Positions 11,827 through 24,605 of a stretch of 64,000 nucleotides of DNA are shown in pieces; position 1 is the stretch's first letter, and every line of letters begins with the position of its first letter. The notes beneath the pieces were generated by a model. It was given only the letters and a program-made list of their open reading frames with translations. It searched no databases and had not been told where the DNA came from. Origin of the DNA: Amoebophrya sp. A120. Lineage: Eukaryota > Protista > Dinoflagellata. Location: NCBI GenBank assembly GCA_905178155.1, contig CAJINV010000003.1, positions 6,167,985-6,231,984 of the forward strand. Reading direction: 5' to 3'. The position numbers and the translations under genes were made by a program.

Positions 11827-14800
11827 TTACTTGTTCTTCGGGATCGATGCAGTCGGCATCTTCTTCTTCCTGCGCGCAGCGAGGAAGTGCAGGTGTCGGA
11901 AGGCTTGCACGTGGTGCCGGTTGTCTGTGATGCTCGTTGGGTACTTCGGATATGTGCTCAGTAGCAAGCAAGCAACCCCGAAGTTAAAATCTTTCGTGTT
12001 CTTTGCGCTCTTGCTGGCTTGTTCTGGTGTCGCAGTTAGGTCGGGTTTCTCAACATCCTCATAGCCGTCCCCTCGCAACAACGTGAATTGACAGCCGCCC
12101 AAGAACAGCATGCCGATACTCAGGTGCACGCTAAGCCACTGGCCGAAGTGCGTGCGTTCCAGGTCGGACTGCTTGCGCAAGGCGCGAAAAAGTGTGAAAC
12201 ACTGCAAATCCCCGGTGCCCGCCATGATCAGACCCAAAGCTGTCACGCACATGCTCAGGCACGTGGCGATACTGCTATCGTCGAGGCATTTGCTGCTGAC
12301 CCCCCGCAACGCAGATTTCCTGCTCTCAACCGGGAGTTGAGCTGCAAGGGAAATAAGGCTTCGCTTCTCTTCACTTTTGAAGTCATCTGTCGTAGTATTT
12401 CTATTCGGTGCTGCCGCTTGACCACTCGCGCTGGCGGTTGATGTGTAGTTCGCTTGCACGACCTCCTGTGGCCGGCGGGTGCTGCCGACAGAAACCGTTT
12501 GCTGAAGCTTGCCTTTCTGAACGGCAGGGGGAGTCGCGCGAAACCGCTGAAGATCCCGGAAACTCAGCAAGATCTGTGCGACCAGATTTGACGCTTTGGC
12601 ACTCGCCGTTCCCGCGTACTTGAGACCCAGCAAATAGCAAGCGGTGGCCACGCCATGGGCAAAGGACTGGCCAAGTAGTAGCCAATCCAGGTCCTGGTGG
12701 TCCTCTGCACGCGCAGGAAAAGGAGCGACGCTGTTGCTCTGGCGGTTTTTATTCCCCGTATGCGTGCTCAGTGTGCATGTGCTCGGGTCGAACATCAGAG
12801 CAAACAAATTTGCCAGTTCGACTCGACCACGTTTCTTCCGGGCCGGAGGCTGTTCCGGCGACAAGCAGAGCTGAACGATGAACTCCGGAACCTGTCGCAA
12901 CACCCACTCTGCAGTCGCGTCGATGGCGTCCCAGAGAATCAAGCCTCGCGCCAGCAAGCGCGCGACGAAAAGATCCGGAGGCGTGGCATTCAGCTGGTAC
13001 ATCTTTTCTGGAATCGGAACGCGGTCGGCCACAGCACGGTCGTTCGACCGTAAGTGCGTAAGACCCAGGGCAATGCACACCGACGTCGTGTACGCTTCGG
13101 CCGAGGTGCTATGCCGCACGGTTTCTTCCGGGGCCAAAACGGTCATGAGTTCCGTATCCTCCTCTTCAGCCGACGAGGGAAAAGCAGTAGAAAAGCATGG
13201 TGGGTTCCTCGTTAGGAACAAGTGCTGCCTTGTTTCTAGTGCGCCGCAGCCGGCTGACGCTCTGTTGCTTCCGAGCTGCACCAGCCCCACTGCGAAGGCG
13301 GCAGCCAGTTGCTGGCACTCGTTGCGGTTGTGCAAGTCTTTCGAGAGCAGCTCCGCGATGCCTCTCTGCCCCGTTTGCGCGTAGAGTAAACCGAGCCCGA
13401 TCGCGCCCGCCGCGCGTACGGTCGGGGGGGCGTCGAAAGCAAACTGGCCCGGCAGGTGCAGCGCGCACATGCGCGTGCAAACCAAGCACTTCTTCCGTAG
13501 CTGGGATGCTGCGGACCCAAGTAGAATGGCGATCGTCGTGGCTTCATGTTGGAGCTTCAGGTACTTGTAGCACTCCGCCGTGGGCAACCGCTCCCGCGTC
13601 AGCAACCCTCGCAGTCCCAACCCAAGCAAGAACCCGGCGTGCGTGTTTTTTCCGATCAATGGACCCATGTTGGGCGTTCCATCGGAGTTGGCCGGCGGCG
13701 GAAGCAGAAACGACCCCGCGATGCTGGCAGCGGATGCCGCACCACGCGAGCCCGCACCGAAAACTCGGTCGCCGATCGCTTCGCCGATTTTCTCGGGGTT
13801 ATGCTGGTAAGCCAGCACACGGTGGTGCAGAAGCCAGCTCCGTCCGACTAACAAACGGTTTATTTGCAGCGAGCTTGCAACCCCGTTCGCAAACCACGCC
13901 CACGTGTGTCGTGCGGGCGGGTATGTGTTCGGGTCCAAATACACAGCCGGGAGCTTTGGTGATAATATTTGTTGAGGTCGTGGATGCTACTCACTACTAT
14001 TCAGTGCAGCTATCGCTGAATCTTACGAAAAATCATGCGCTGCCGCTGCGTGCGACATGATATTCAAGGTCCTTTCGAACAAGCATGCACGGTGTATAGT
14101 GCTACTTCGTCCAAAAGAAAAAAAACGACCAGAAAAGACATCGACACAAATACCGCTTTTACCGAAGTTTCCGCTCCCCGTCCGTGCGAGGTTCTCCCAC
14201 TCTCGTTGGGAAACACGGCTGACAAGTTGATGTCCGGGACGGGGAGCACGTCCGTGGTGCCAACATCCCCCAACGCACAGAAGGTGAAACCGGCCCGGCC
14301 AAACGGAATGCTGGCCTGCTTCGTTATCGCTTTGCAGAGTCGCTGTTGTTTCGGCAGGTCGGGCGCGTCCTCGCTGGATAGAGCCCGCTGCAACTGTTGG
14401 GCGGGCACCTGAAGTGCCATGGGTTTTTTACTGTCCAGCAAGGCCGCGACCTCCTTCACACGAGCATCCATCTTGCTTGCTCCTGGCACTGGCCTGTCGC
14501 GTCCGTCTTGTTCCACGACGACCTTCTTGATGTTTTTGCACACACTCCAGAGCCATTCAACGTTTTGCGTCACAGAAGAAACCAGCTCCAACTTCTGGCT
14601 GTTCTGGTCATCGTCCTCCAGGGATTCAGCTTCGGTCTGTGCGTTATTTCCCCCTTCGATTTCCATTTCTTCTGCTTCCCCGCTGTCGGGGTCCATGCTC
14701 CTGAGAAGATTCTCAGCATTTTCTCGTCCGTGCTTCGCTTGCTCTGTCGCAGTCTTAGTTCTTGTGTCGCCGCCAGAGTGCTTCGTCGATGTGGATGTTG

Positions 14801-17189
14801 CCAAGATGAAGGAACGAGTGTGATCGTATAAAGAGCGTCCGGCCGGGCCGACATGTCCACCAGAGGGCGCAAGACTCCTCCCGAGTAGGATTTCCTCTGA
14901 GCCCAGTGCCGGATCGCTCTCGCGGCCCTTCGCCACGGTAGCTGAGTTACAACTACCTCTCCGCTGCGAAAGCCCTGATCGCGGGACGAGCTCAAAAAGG
15001 AACGGCTGCCCACATTTGCGAGACGACGTCAACAGTCCAACATCATTTCCCGTGCGCTGCAACTGTGCTTGCCTTGTAACACGATCGCACTGCGCTTTCG
15101 CTTTTTGAAAACCGCCGGCAGCGGCACCTGCGCTCAAAGAACCGTATGCATCAACAAAGGCTTGCTCTGTGGTTTTCCTCAAGATGGCTGCCAAATAATC
15201 TAGCGCAGCCTCCTGTGCAGCGCAGCTCGTTTCAGTATGCTGGGGATAGTGCAGATGCTGCACCAGCCGCCGCCACCGCTGAAGATCGACTGCCCCAAAG
15301 GACATGGATGCCACCTTTTCGCTGCTCTTGTGTAATCCCACCTCTAGGTGGTCTTTTTCTGCCTTATGATGAAGGTCGTTCATCCGTTCATCAGAGCCGC
15401 TGTTCCCTGGTACTATCGAGATTCCGCTGCGTGCCACCAATACATTGACAAAAGCTGATAGCGATTGCACGTCCGTGGCGCGCAATGGATCCAGCCCCCA
15501 GCTGCATTTCAAGTTTAGCAAGTCGCACAAAAACGCTTCCAGGGCCTCTTGCGGAAGCAGGAAGTCGTTGCTGGATCGCCAACGCCGGTCTTCCTTCTCT
15601 TCGTAGGAGTTCATCAGAGACACGACCTTCTCCCCTTCGGTATTCACGAATTTGTCCTCGTGTGGCTCGTTCACAAGCCTTCCTTCCAGATTCGGTTCGC
15701 GAAGAAGCTGACGACAGTGTTTCTGGAGCCATTCCCAGTCCGACTGCGCCTGGCTTTCGTCCGGCTTGTGATGAAGATCTGCAGTGGGGCGATTGGCCAT
15801 CTTGCGTTCGCGACCACGGCCAGGAGCACGATTAGAAGATGCCGAGGACGTGCGACTGAGACGACGCCCGCTGGAGGAAGTACTGGTCTTCATCTCGGCA
15901 TCCTCCGAAAAACGTGCCCGCTTTTGCGGGGGTGACAGGTTTGCCATCATGGACGCCTCCCCCGGGGACGAGCAAGCAGACGGTAAGGAGCCCTGCAAGC
16001 TTGGTTTTTTCTCCACAAAAATTTTCAAAAAACTAGCAGCGAAGTCATCGAATGCCACATTTTTGCCAGCATTGAACTCTTGGTGAAGACCTCTTGAAAG
16101 CGCACCACCCCCGAGAGCCCTTGTGCTCGGAACAAGGGGCACCGGACGAGCCTCCTCGCGTTGCCGGTCGGTGTGGTTTCCTCCAGCTTCTGCAGGGACG
16201 AGTAAACACTGCCAAAGGCGTGGCAGTGCTCGAACCCAGACCTCGTACGGAAGCGAAGCCCGCACAGAGCGAAGAACGGCAGCTAGAAGCGACTGCTGTC
16301 CCTCCTCGTCTGCACGTTCCCCAACTAGCAGGCGGAGCATCGAAGCAAGTGCTCTACCTTGTCTGTCTGAAAAGGTAACTCGCGACGCAGCACGGCCTGT
16401 GGCGGGTATGATTGGCACCTCCAGTAGCAGCTGCGAACCCCGCACCAGCGTCATGGTAGGCGCTGCATGAACATCATCTCCTTCCGTGGCCCCTGCTACA
16501 GAGTTCAAGTCTGTCCGAGAAACAGTACTGGAAATAAGCGCGAAAAGGCCCAGCGAAGAGGTCGCGCCGGTACAACTACCCGCCCTCGATGAAGACGCTG
16601 CAGCATCCACATGATCCTGTTGTAACTCTATTGTCTCAACGTCCCAACAACAGTTCTGCTCGACCAGCACTGTGTCCCAGGTCCACAGTCGCAGCAAGTG
16701 AAAACTGCCATCGTCAAAGAGAATCCCAACCTGTTCCTCCGCTTCCGAAACGATGCATTTCCGTATGCGCGATGCGCGAAGGTGCAGTAGCCGGTGCAAA
16801 TGCTCGAAAACGTCTTTCTGTCGGACGAACCAGAAGTCAAAGGCACAGGCACTAGTTCGACGAGTGAGGTTTTGTTCAACTGCTGGATTGTCATTGTCAC
16901 AATCATCTACTAGCATGGCATGATTATTCGTGTCGAGCTCCGCGTACTCTCCCTCGACTTCCACTTTCTCGATGGGCGATGTAGTTATCAGGAGTGGGTA
17001 TTTCTCGCTCGCCCAGGCAATACGACGACCTCCCGCCACGGTTTTTGGCGGCACTGTAAGCAGAATCTCGAAGGAGCTTCTGCATTTTTGGCCTCTTCCT
17101 GTTGGGAGGTCCAAGTTCTGTAAGGGCTCGACGCGCAACTTGGCGCAATCGACGAGGGAATCTGGCAGCCGAAGCCCGCCTTGCTCCAT
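11827..17189 (-). CDS. ANAPC1: Anaphase-promoting complex subunit 1 (two large exons, intron about 13988-14162)
   Basis: PC-repeat region motifs: HAGFLLGLGL, HEATTIAILLG, GLIMAGTGDL, SIGMLFLGG, YPKYPTSITDNRHHVQAFRHL. Confidence 0.9.
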
Positions 17190-18238
17190 AACTCGGATCA
17201 GTCGTGTCGACGAAGGGTCTCAATGATGTCCGGAAGTGCATGCAGTCATCATGATGAAATTCGTTGCCTCTACATTCTTTTTCTTGTCGAATGAGCGGCT
17301 GCTTATATCAAAAATATATACTTATCTTTCGAAAAGGAATCACACGAAAAATGAAAACAACGACCAAGTAGCAACGCCCATCGCGCCACCCGGACCAAAA
17401 TCGCAAATGCCTGGCAGATGAACCAACTACCCGTGATCGAACCAAGCTCAAGAGTCACAATCAGATCCTCATCCTGAAATGGTAAGGCACGAAAGGTATC
17501 ATAATCTAGCTGTGCTGGTTGCTTTCCGCATATGCGACTTCAACTCTTCTGCTATTCCTTTTGAACGCAAACGCTCAATCACAGCAAAAAGCGGCAAAAA
17601 ACAGTAGACAGGAACACACACAAACACAGACTGCAGGACACACAATAAATAAAGTCAAGGATATATACCTGCAAGAACGTTCAACCGCAGCCAATGAAAT
17701 TGAAAAGCGGCATCATGATAGAACTCGAAGGTGCGAGATAATCAGGGCTCCTGCAGGCGTTCATTATTTCCCTGAACTTTGCAAGGAAGTAAAGAAGCAC
17801 CGCAGTGGTAGTTGAAAGCTAATCCTGCTTCTGCAAGGCCTGCTGCCGCAGACAGAGGCTGCATGGTAATGTTCCGATGTAATCACTTCTCAACGCATGT
17901 GACACGTCGTCAGAGCCGAGTACATGATCTTGCGCGCTTCGCAAAGATTTCTGCACTCTAGACTCGGTCTGACGTTTTTGATGTCAATCAAACTCAATTC
18001 GTTGGCGGTACATAGACCAATTGTTGATGACTCACTTTTATTAAATACTGGTCTCACAACTGTTGAACGACCCGGGAGCACGACCTGAGACACTCGCATC
18101 ACCGCCTGATGTGCCAGTGCCATCCGAACCCGAGGGCCAGGCGTGGTAAAATTGAAAAAATATTTCATTTCCGTCGAAACGATTTCGAGACAGGACAAAG
18201 GGTCGTGGGATACACGCCTTAGCACCAGAGGACTGCCT

Positions 18239-20549
18239 CTAAATCGCGTTCTTGTCGTAGTCGAGCTTCGATTCGAATTTCTTCGTGTCCGCGATTTTCC
18301 GTGCGGCTTTCATAAAGTCCTCTTCCAGGCAATAGTCGCGCTCTGCTCGAATCGCGTACATGCCAGCCTCGGTGCAGATATTTCGCATATCGGCGCCGTT
18401 GAAGCTGCGGTTGATTTTCATTTTATTCATTGTTATGGAAATAAATCTAGCGAAGATCATAGTGGTCCGATTGATTCTTGTCTAATTTGCTGGTGGTGGA
18501 AGTGGTAGTGGTACTAATCTGACGGAAATCGAAATAAAAAAGACGTTTCATGTACCCGTCAGTCAGCTTTATTATTCCCTCGAAGTCAATGTCGCCGTGT
18601 TTTGCAATGGGGTTGCTGTGGATTTTCAGAATGTCGAGCCTGGCCTGCTCGTTTGGAAGGGGAATTTCCACTTTGCGGTCTAATCGTCCGGGTCGCAGTA
18701 ATGCCGGATCCAGGGTGTCCGGTCGGTTTGTCGCCATAATCACCTTCACGCGCCCTAAGTCGTCGAATCCGTCCAGCTGATTCAGCAGCTCCATTAAGGT
18801 TCGCTGAATTTCGCGATCCGCCGAGGTACCTGAGAAGCGAACAGGAAGATGCGCCAGCGCATGTTGAGACACACGCCAAGAACAGTGGTCGTCCTCAAGC
18901 GATGAAAATGCTTATTTAGTCGACAGTGCTGTGCAAAACAAAGATCGAAAGTAGTATCATGCGTGCAATCGCCACAGAGTGAACCCTTTGACAGTTTGTG
19001 CGTGCAACACGTAAAGATGCAATTTTCATCTCACCGTAGTTAGTGATGTATTAAACAAAAACATGACCTTGCTAGATAAATTTTACTGCATTGAACTTGT
19101 TCGTAAAACACGACTTCCTTTACCTTGATTGAATCGCTTCCCGCCGATAGCATCGATTTCGTCCATGAAGATAATGCAAGGCTGGTGTGTCTTTGCGTAT
19201 CCGAACATCTCTCGTATTACTCGGGCAGATTCGCCGATATACCTTTTCGGTTTTATATATTCAGCGTTTGTGTTTCCTCTGGTTTTCGTTGCAACATGCA
19301 CAACGCCCTTCTACGTACTCCAAGCGCATCAAAAGGATAAATTAGTCATAGTGGTGGTCTTAATCTTATTGCTGCAAAGCGAAAAAGCGGTCTGTACTTG
19401 TCGACGATGGCGGACGCAACTACTTTCAGGAAGTTGGCGGTCATGTTATATGCCATGGCTCGGGCGAGCAACGTTTTTCCTGTTCCAGGCGGGCCATAGA
19501 GAAGCACTCCTTTAGGGGTCTTGATGCCGACCTAAGTTGAAATTTTCAAGAGAAAGTTTCGTAGCATATGAAAGCGGAATGGACAAACACGTCGGACCAA
19601 AAACCTCTACTACATGGCTCCTATAGAAAATTCCTGCTTCATAAACTGATGTAATCAACAATCGAACACCCTTTTGAAGAGCTCTGGATTTGTGAGTGGA
19701 AGTTCGACGACCTCACGCATTTGTCGAATTTGTTCGTTCAACCCGCCGACTTGGTTGTACCTGTATTGTGATTCGGTTTCAAATATTTCTGCGAGCAGTG
19801 GGTCACATCAAGTTGAGCATTTGCGGAGCGCACTCGACGACCGTGGTTATCTCATTCTACAAAGCACTCAATCTCAAATCACATCAGAATAAAAAACAAC
19901 AGAAAAGAAGACAATTTTGTACGAAATTTTTCCTGGATCCTCCGCCTGCATGCTGAAGACGAGCGGATCCACTTCCCGTGGCAAAATGCGCATGATGGTC
20001 AGCGTGGACATGTCCAAAGCCACACGGGTTCCCGGTGTTAACTTGCTCTTCGGTATTTTTACCTTCACTGTTACCACGTACCTCGGCCCGGAGCTGGCTT
20101 TTACGATGTACTCTGTTCAACATTCAGATTTAGTTATACGTGATTTTATTGTTGCTTGTACGGATCATTCGCATTCGACTGCCTTGTGGCTTAAGTTCCA
20201 ACAATGTTCCAAGGCGACAATGTCGGAGCGGCGTTGGTTTCGTTCTTGCAACGGCGTAGATGTACAACATGGCGGAAAAATGACAAGGCGACATGCTCTT
20301 GCTCAGCAAAAAAAAGGAAAGACTAAGGTTGCGTATAGTACTTTCATCGTCCAGCTTTGCTAGCAATTCGCCGATAATTTGGCCGACAGATTGCAAGGCC
20401 TTGATGTGCCCCTCGGATTTGTCGAACTCCCCCTGCTTGCTTTTTATTTGGTCGCGCACGTTCTTCAACTGGGACTCATATCTTCGGTGCTCTTGCACCT
20501 TGCTTACGTAGTCCCGCAAGGCTTGATCTTTCTCACCTGTGCCGCTCAT
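18239..20549 (-). CDS. PSMC6: 26S proteasome AAA-ATPase subunit RPT4 (7 exons)
   Basis: [11 protein letters not shown], Walker [31 protein letters not shown] and C-terminal ESKLDY. Six canonical GT-AG introns: 20113-20341, 19761-19922, 19532-19669, 19243-19397, 18830-19123, 18405-18555. Confidence 0.95.
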
Positions 20550-21882
20550 TTTTCCCGAAATAATTTTGGGTCTAATATTCGTCGTTGGGAGGTCGTGCTG
20601 ACACTGTCGCAAGTTGTAAAGATGAACGCAGCCTCGTTCCGCGTTGACTCGTAAACGTGGAAAGAAGTTTCTCCAGATTTGTGTTTGCGTTTCTTGGCTC
20701 TGGATTAGTTTTGCTTCTGCCACACGTCCTGGTCCGACGGCTGGACTGGGAACCAATTTTCAGCACCGCAGACCTTCCCGTGGTGATAAAAGCCCGTGAC
20801 CCCAAATTATCTTATCCTAATGCGCTACATTTTCCAAAAAATGACATCAATATAGCCGGGCCACTCATTGTTACGAGAATAAACGTGCTACAAGAATGTA
20901 TTTTTTGTAGCCAAAAGGTTCAAGTTGCAACTACGGCACTGAGGTGAAAAAATTCGTTGAAGAATGGCTTTGATATTCGATGAAAATTATAGTGCCAAAA
21001 TCGGTGGAGGCTAACAGTAACAACCAGAATCAATGAGGCGACAATACAATACAATGCAATATCATTCACAAAAAGCCATCGCGATTTGTGGCTCGAGCCT
21101 CGTGTAGAGACGAGCGATGTGTTTTCGAAAATAAGAGGATAGGAAATGTCGTTCGTTCTAGGATCTTCAGCTGCTGCGTGACGAGCAGAGCTCGACTTGG
21201 ATCTTCAGCTAATAAGTAGAACACTTTGAAATGCACTACGTCATCAAGATCGAAGGATCAGCGACCATAGCTAGATAGGCACTCAAAAGAAGCGCACTTC
21301 AAGGGTTTTCGTTTTCAAGCGTAAATTACAAGTGCAACATGTCTAGTCCTTACGTACATTTTCCGCTAGGATGGCGGCCGACTGTACAATGCAGAATGCA
21401 CCTGCAACGAAGCTCATGTACAATTCAAATGTGAACTATTTCTCAAGATTTGGTACAGGTTATCGGAGTGACGCTGACTGTAGTTTTGTTTCTTGCATGT
21501 ACAACTTTACATGTGAACAATCAGGAATCCGCACAAGAAAAGCTCAAGTGGCGGCGCCTCTAGAAATGCTAATTTTGTTTTTACTTATATCATTGATACG
21601 ATAAAGCACTACAAGGTAAACTCACAGGCGGCGATAGCGTTATCTTCTGGTATCTGTCCGTGTCCTTGGAAGCAGTACATCAGACATTTTTGCGCGAGAA
21701 AAAGACAAACAGGTGTATAGTAAACGATATTTGTCGAGCATAGGCTCATAAGCAGTAGCAGGGGAGGGGAGTAAGAGAAAGAAAAAGCCCAACGTACTCG
21801 CCATGCAATATAATTGGCATTCAGAGGACTTATAGCAGAGGTCTACTTGTCTTTCTCTCATAGCACCCTCGCACGACCTACC

Positions 21883-23781
21883 TCAGATGGTTACGTGCAG
21901 GTCGTCTAGCGCCCCTTTCTGCCGATCTGCGAGGGCGTTTTTTCCCGAGTGCGAGAACAGACTGAGTTGCAACGGCGGTGGCGGAAACTGTGTTCCGACC
22001 GACCTCTTCTTTTCGTCGTCAAAGAAGGACGACGGCGCTACGGAGTGAACCTCCTGCTCGTAGTCGGACCGCGGCTCGTGGGTCGCGCCTTCTCCCTCTG
22101 CGCCGTCGTCACTGCCGCCTCCCCCAGCGCCGCTGCGCCCGGACGCCGACTTGTTTGTCCCGTCGTGCTCCAGCTCTTGTGGCCGCTGCTCAGAGCTCGC
22201 GCCCGCGCCCCCAGCAGCACCGGTCTGCTCGCCCCTCTCGGCTTGCCGGTTTCGCAGAATTTCATCCGCAGCGTCCTCGTTCTCCTGCTCCTCACTAGGA
22301 CCCTGGGGCGTCGACACCTGGCGTCGAGAAGCTGGACCTGAGACATTGACATTTCAACATTGTGTAACGCTAACAGGCGGTGCCCAAAATCTTCGTGCCT
22401 TTCGCGTCACAAGAAGATATCATCGTGGTTCTTCAGGATCGGGTTCGGGTCTCTAGAAGAAAAAAACCATGCAGCCCAGCCCTCATGATGCACAGGGTCA
22501 AGGATCTTTAAGCGGAGATATTAAAGCGAAAAAGTAAAAGTGTGAGCAGCGAAAACATGCGCTAATATCTAGATGAACGAAGGTACTTACTGCGATGAGA
22601 GAGTGCGGGCTTGCCGTCGCCAAATAAGCTCAGTTCCGGCACTGTATCTGTCGGGTCGAAGGTGAGCTTTCCGGCATCGACACCCGCTCGCCAGGCGTCA
22701 TATTGTGCCCTGTGGTGATAGGAGAAGGAGTGGATCATTTTCATTACTTTGCCAATGCATTATACTAAGCACGTATCAGCACGCGCTGTGCAATGCCAAT
22801 GTTCAAAAACTTCTTCTTGAACTCTTCATATGAAAGAGCGATCTGTCTGTACTTTCTACAACGTCTTCAAAAAATCACGGATCGGGGGGGCACAGAAGAT
22901 TCGTTTCCGTGGTCGTCTCGTGCTATGTGCTTACTAAACGTAACTACTTACTACACGCAAAAATTATACATCGCTTTTCCTTCCGGCATGCTCATGGGAT
23001 CTCCGTTGTCTGCCTGCAGCAGAAGTCGCAGGAAGTGCTCTTCGATAAAGGCCTGCTGTTGCGCACAGATCTCGGCTAAACTGGAACCCTTGAGGCGGTA
23101 TTCCTCAAGCTTCGCGCGCGTCTCAGCCTCCCACATGCCGGCCCGCGCCTTGACCATTGGTGTCTCGATGGCTGCGCGACGCTCCACCAGCGCAATCGCA
23201 TCTTTCATCTGTGCGGGTTGAGGTCGATCATTTTGAATTTTTTGTCTGTCTGTTGTTGAGTCAACGACTCTATAATTAACTTCGAGCTGCAGCTGACTCA
23301 CCGTCACTACTGACCAATATCTATATGTATATCGTGTTATTTGTTTCCAACTACTAAAACCGAAGATCCGAAACCAAAGAGAGTATTAAACCTGCAGCTT
23401 CATCTCGGAGTTTTCGCGGGCGAGCTTTTCGTTGTCAACTTCAAGGCGGGCATTGCGCTGGCGCAGGCGCTCCACCTCACTGCTTTTCCTCCGCTCCGCC
23501 ACCAACTCCTGGTGTTGCTTTTCGAACCGCTTGATCAGCGCCTGCAGCTTATCTGACACGTCCCGACACCGCTTGAGGTCATCGTTTTTCGCTTTCAAGT
23601 TGTCGCACATCACATTCATCTGGGTTAGCCGCGAGCTCAAGTAGCTGCAGGCGGTTTCCAAGTCGCCAAACTCAATCGCGAGCTTCACCACCTCTTCGCT
23701 AGCGACGGTCTCCGTCGCGGTGGCAGGCGCCGCCTCCTGGCCCGGAAGCTTCACACGCTCGCGGGCCCACCACATCGGATC
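21883..23781 (-). CDS. Multi-exon coiled-coil hypothetical protein
   Basis: Coding-like ORFs 23386..23775 (heptad-rich), 22951..23307, 22562..22744 and 21883..22317, separated by AT-richer segments with GT/AG ends. Both termini are uncertain. Confidence 0.55.
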
Positions 23782-24605
23782 CTAGAAAGTGGTTTCTCGG
23801 ACCAGAAGTAGACGGGTCACTTGCTCGTACATAAACCGCCTGCTCCTCTACAACATTTACTTCAACATGATTTTGTTAAAAAAAACCATCTAGAGCAAGT
23901 GTGCAATCTAACAAATATCTTTTCTGAGTGTGGAGACACTCATTCTGTTGTTGTAGTTGTTGCGAAAATAAATTCCCAGCCCCGGACAAGCACAAGCTGC
24001 AAGTAAATACAACCCCGCGCCGCAACTAAAAATAGCCCCTGACGAAATCCCTACAGACGCGACGAAAACGATGTTACGAGGATTCGGATGGATCACGGCA
24101 AGAGCACACAGAAAATGGATCACGACGAAAGGGATTCGGATGGATCACAGCGTCAAAGAGCACGACAGAGCATACGACCCAGCACAACGCAGTGTTCACA
24201 GCGGCCAATCAAGCGACCCGAGAATCAAAATCCGTCGAAAGCAGGTCATTCATCACTGTTCTTTTACTTTTTGTTTTTCATGAGAATACACAACAGCTAC
24301 CGCAGGAATCGCTCCACTGTTTCCAGTTAGAAAAGTGGTTTTTCTTTGCTGTGCCGACAAGGATTGACTCGAGCACCAGCACGTCCACGTGTGGTTGTTG
24401 TACTACATTAAGGCTAAGCTTGATATTATAGGAGTCTTTTTTACACAATCAAGCCATCGCTTTTTCTATTTGTTGTGAGTGTAAAGTTCTCAAATCAGGA
24501 ATAGTACTTTCGATAGCTTGTCGTGGGCATCTGAGAGTTTTTTGAGCCAGTCGTTCGCGTTCCTCCTGACTGATGAATGAAAAACAAAAATCAGCGAACA
24601 TCCTC

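Noticed and set aside
24080-24148. GGATTCGGATGGATCAC duplicated
   Set aside because: Small local duplication in a probable intron or spacer, with no further structure.
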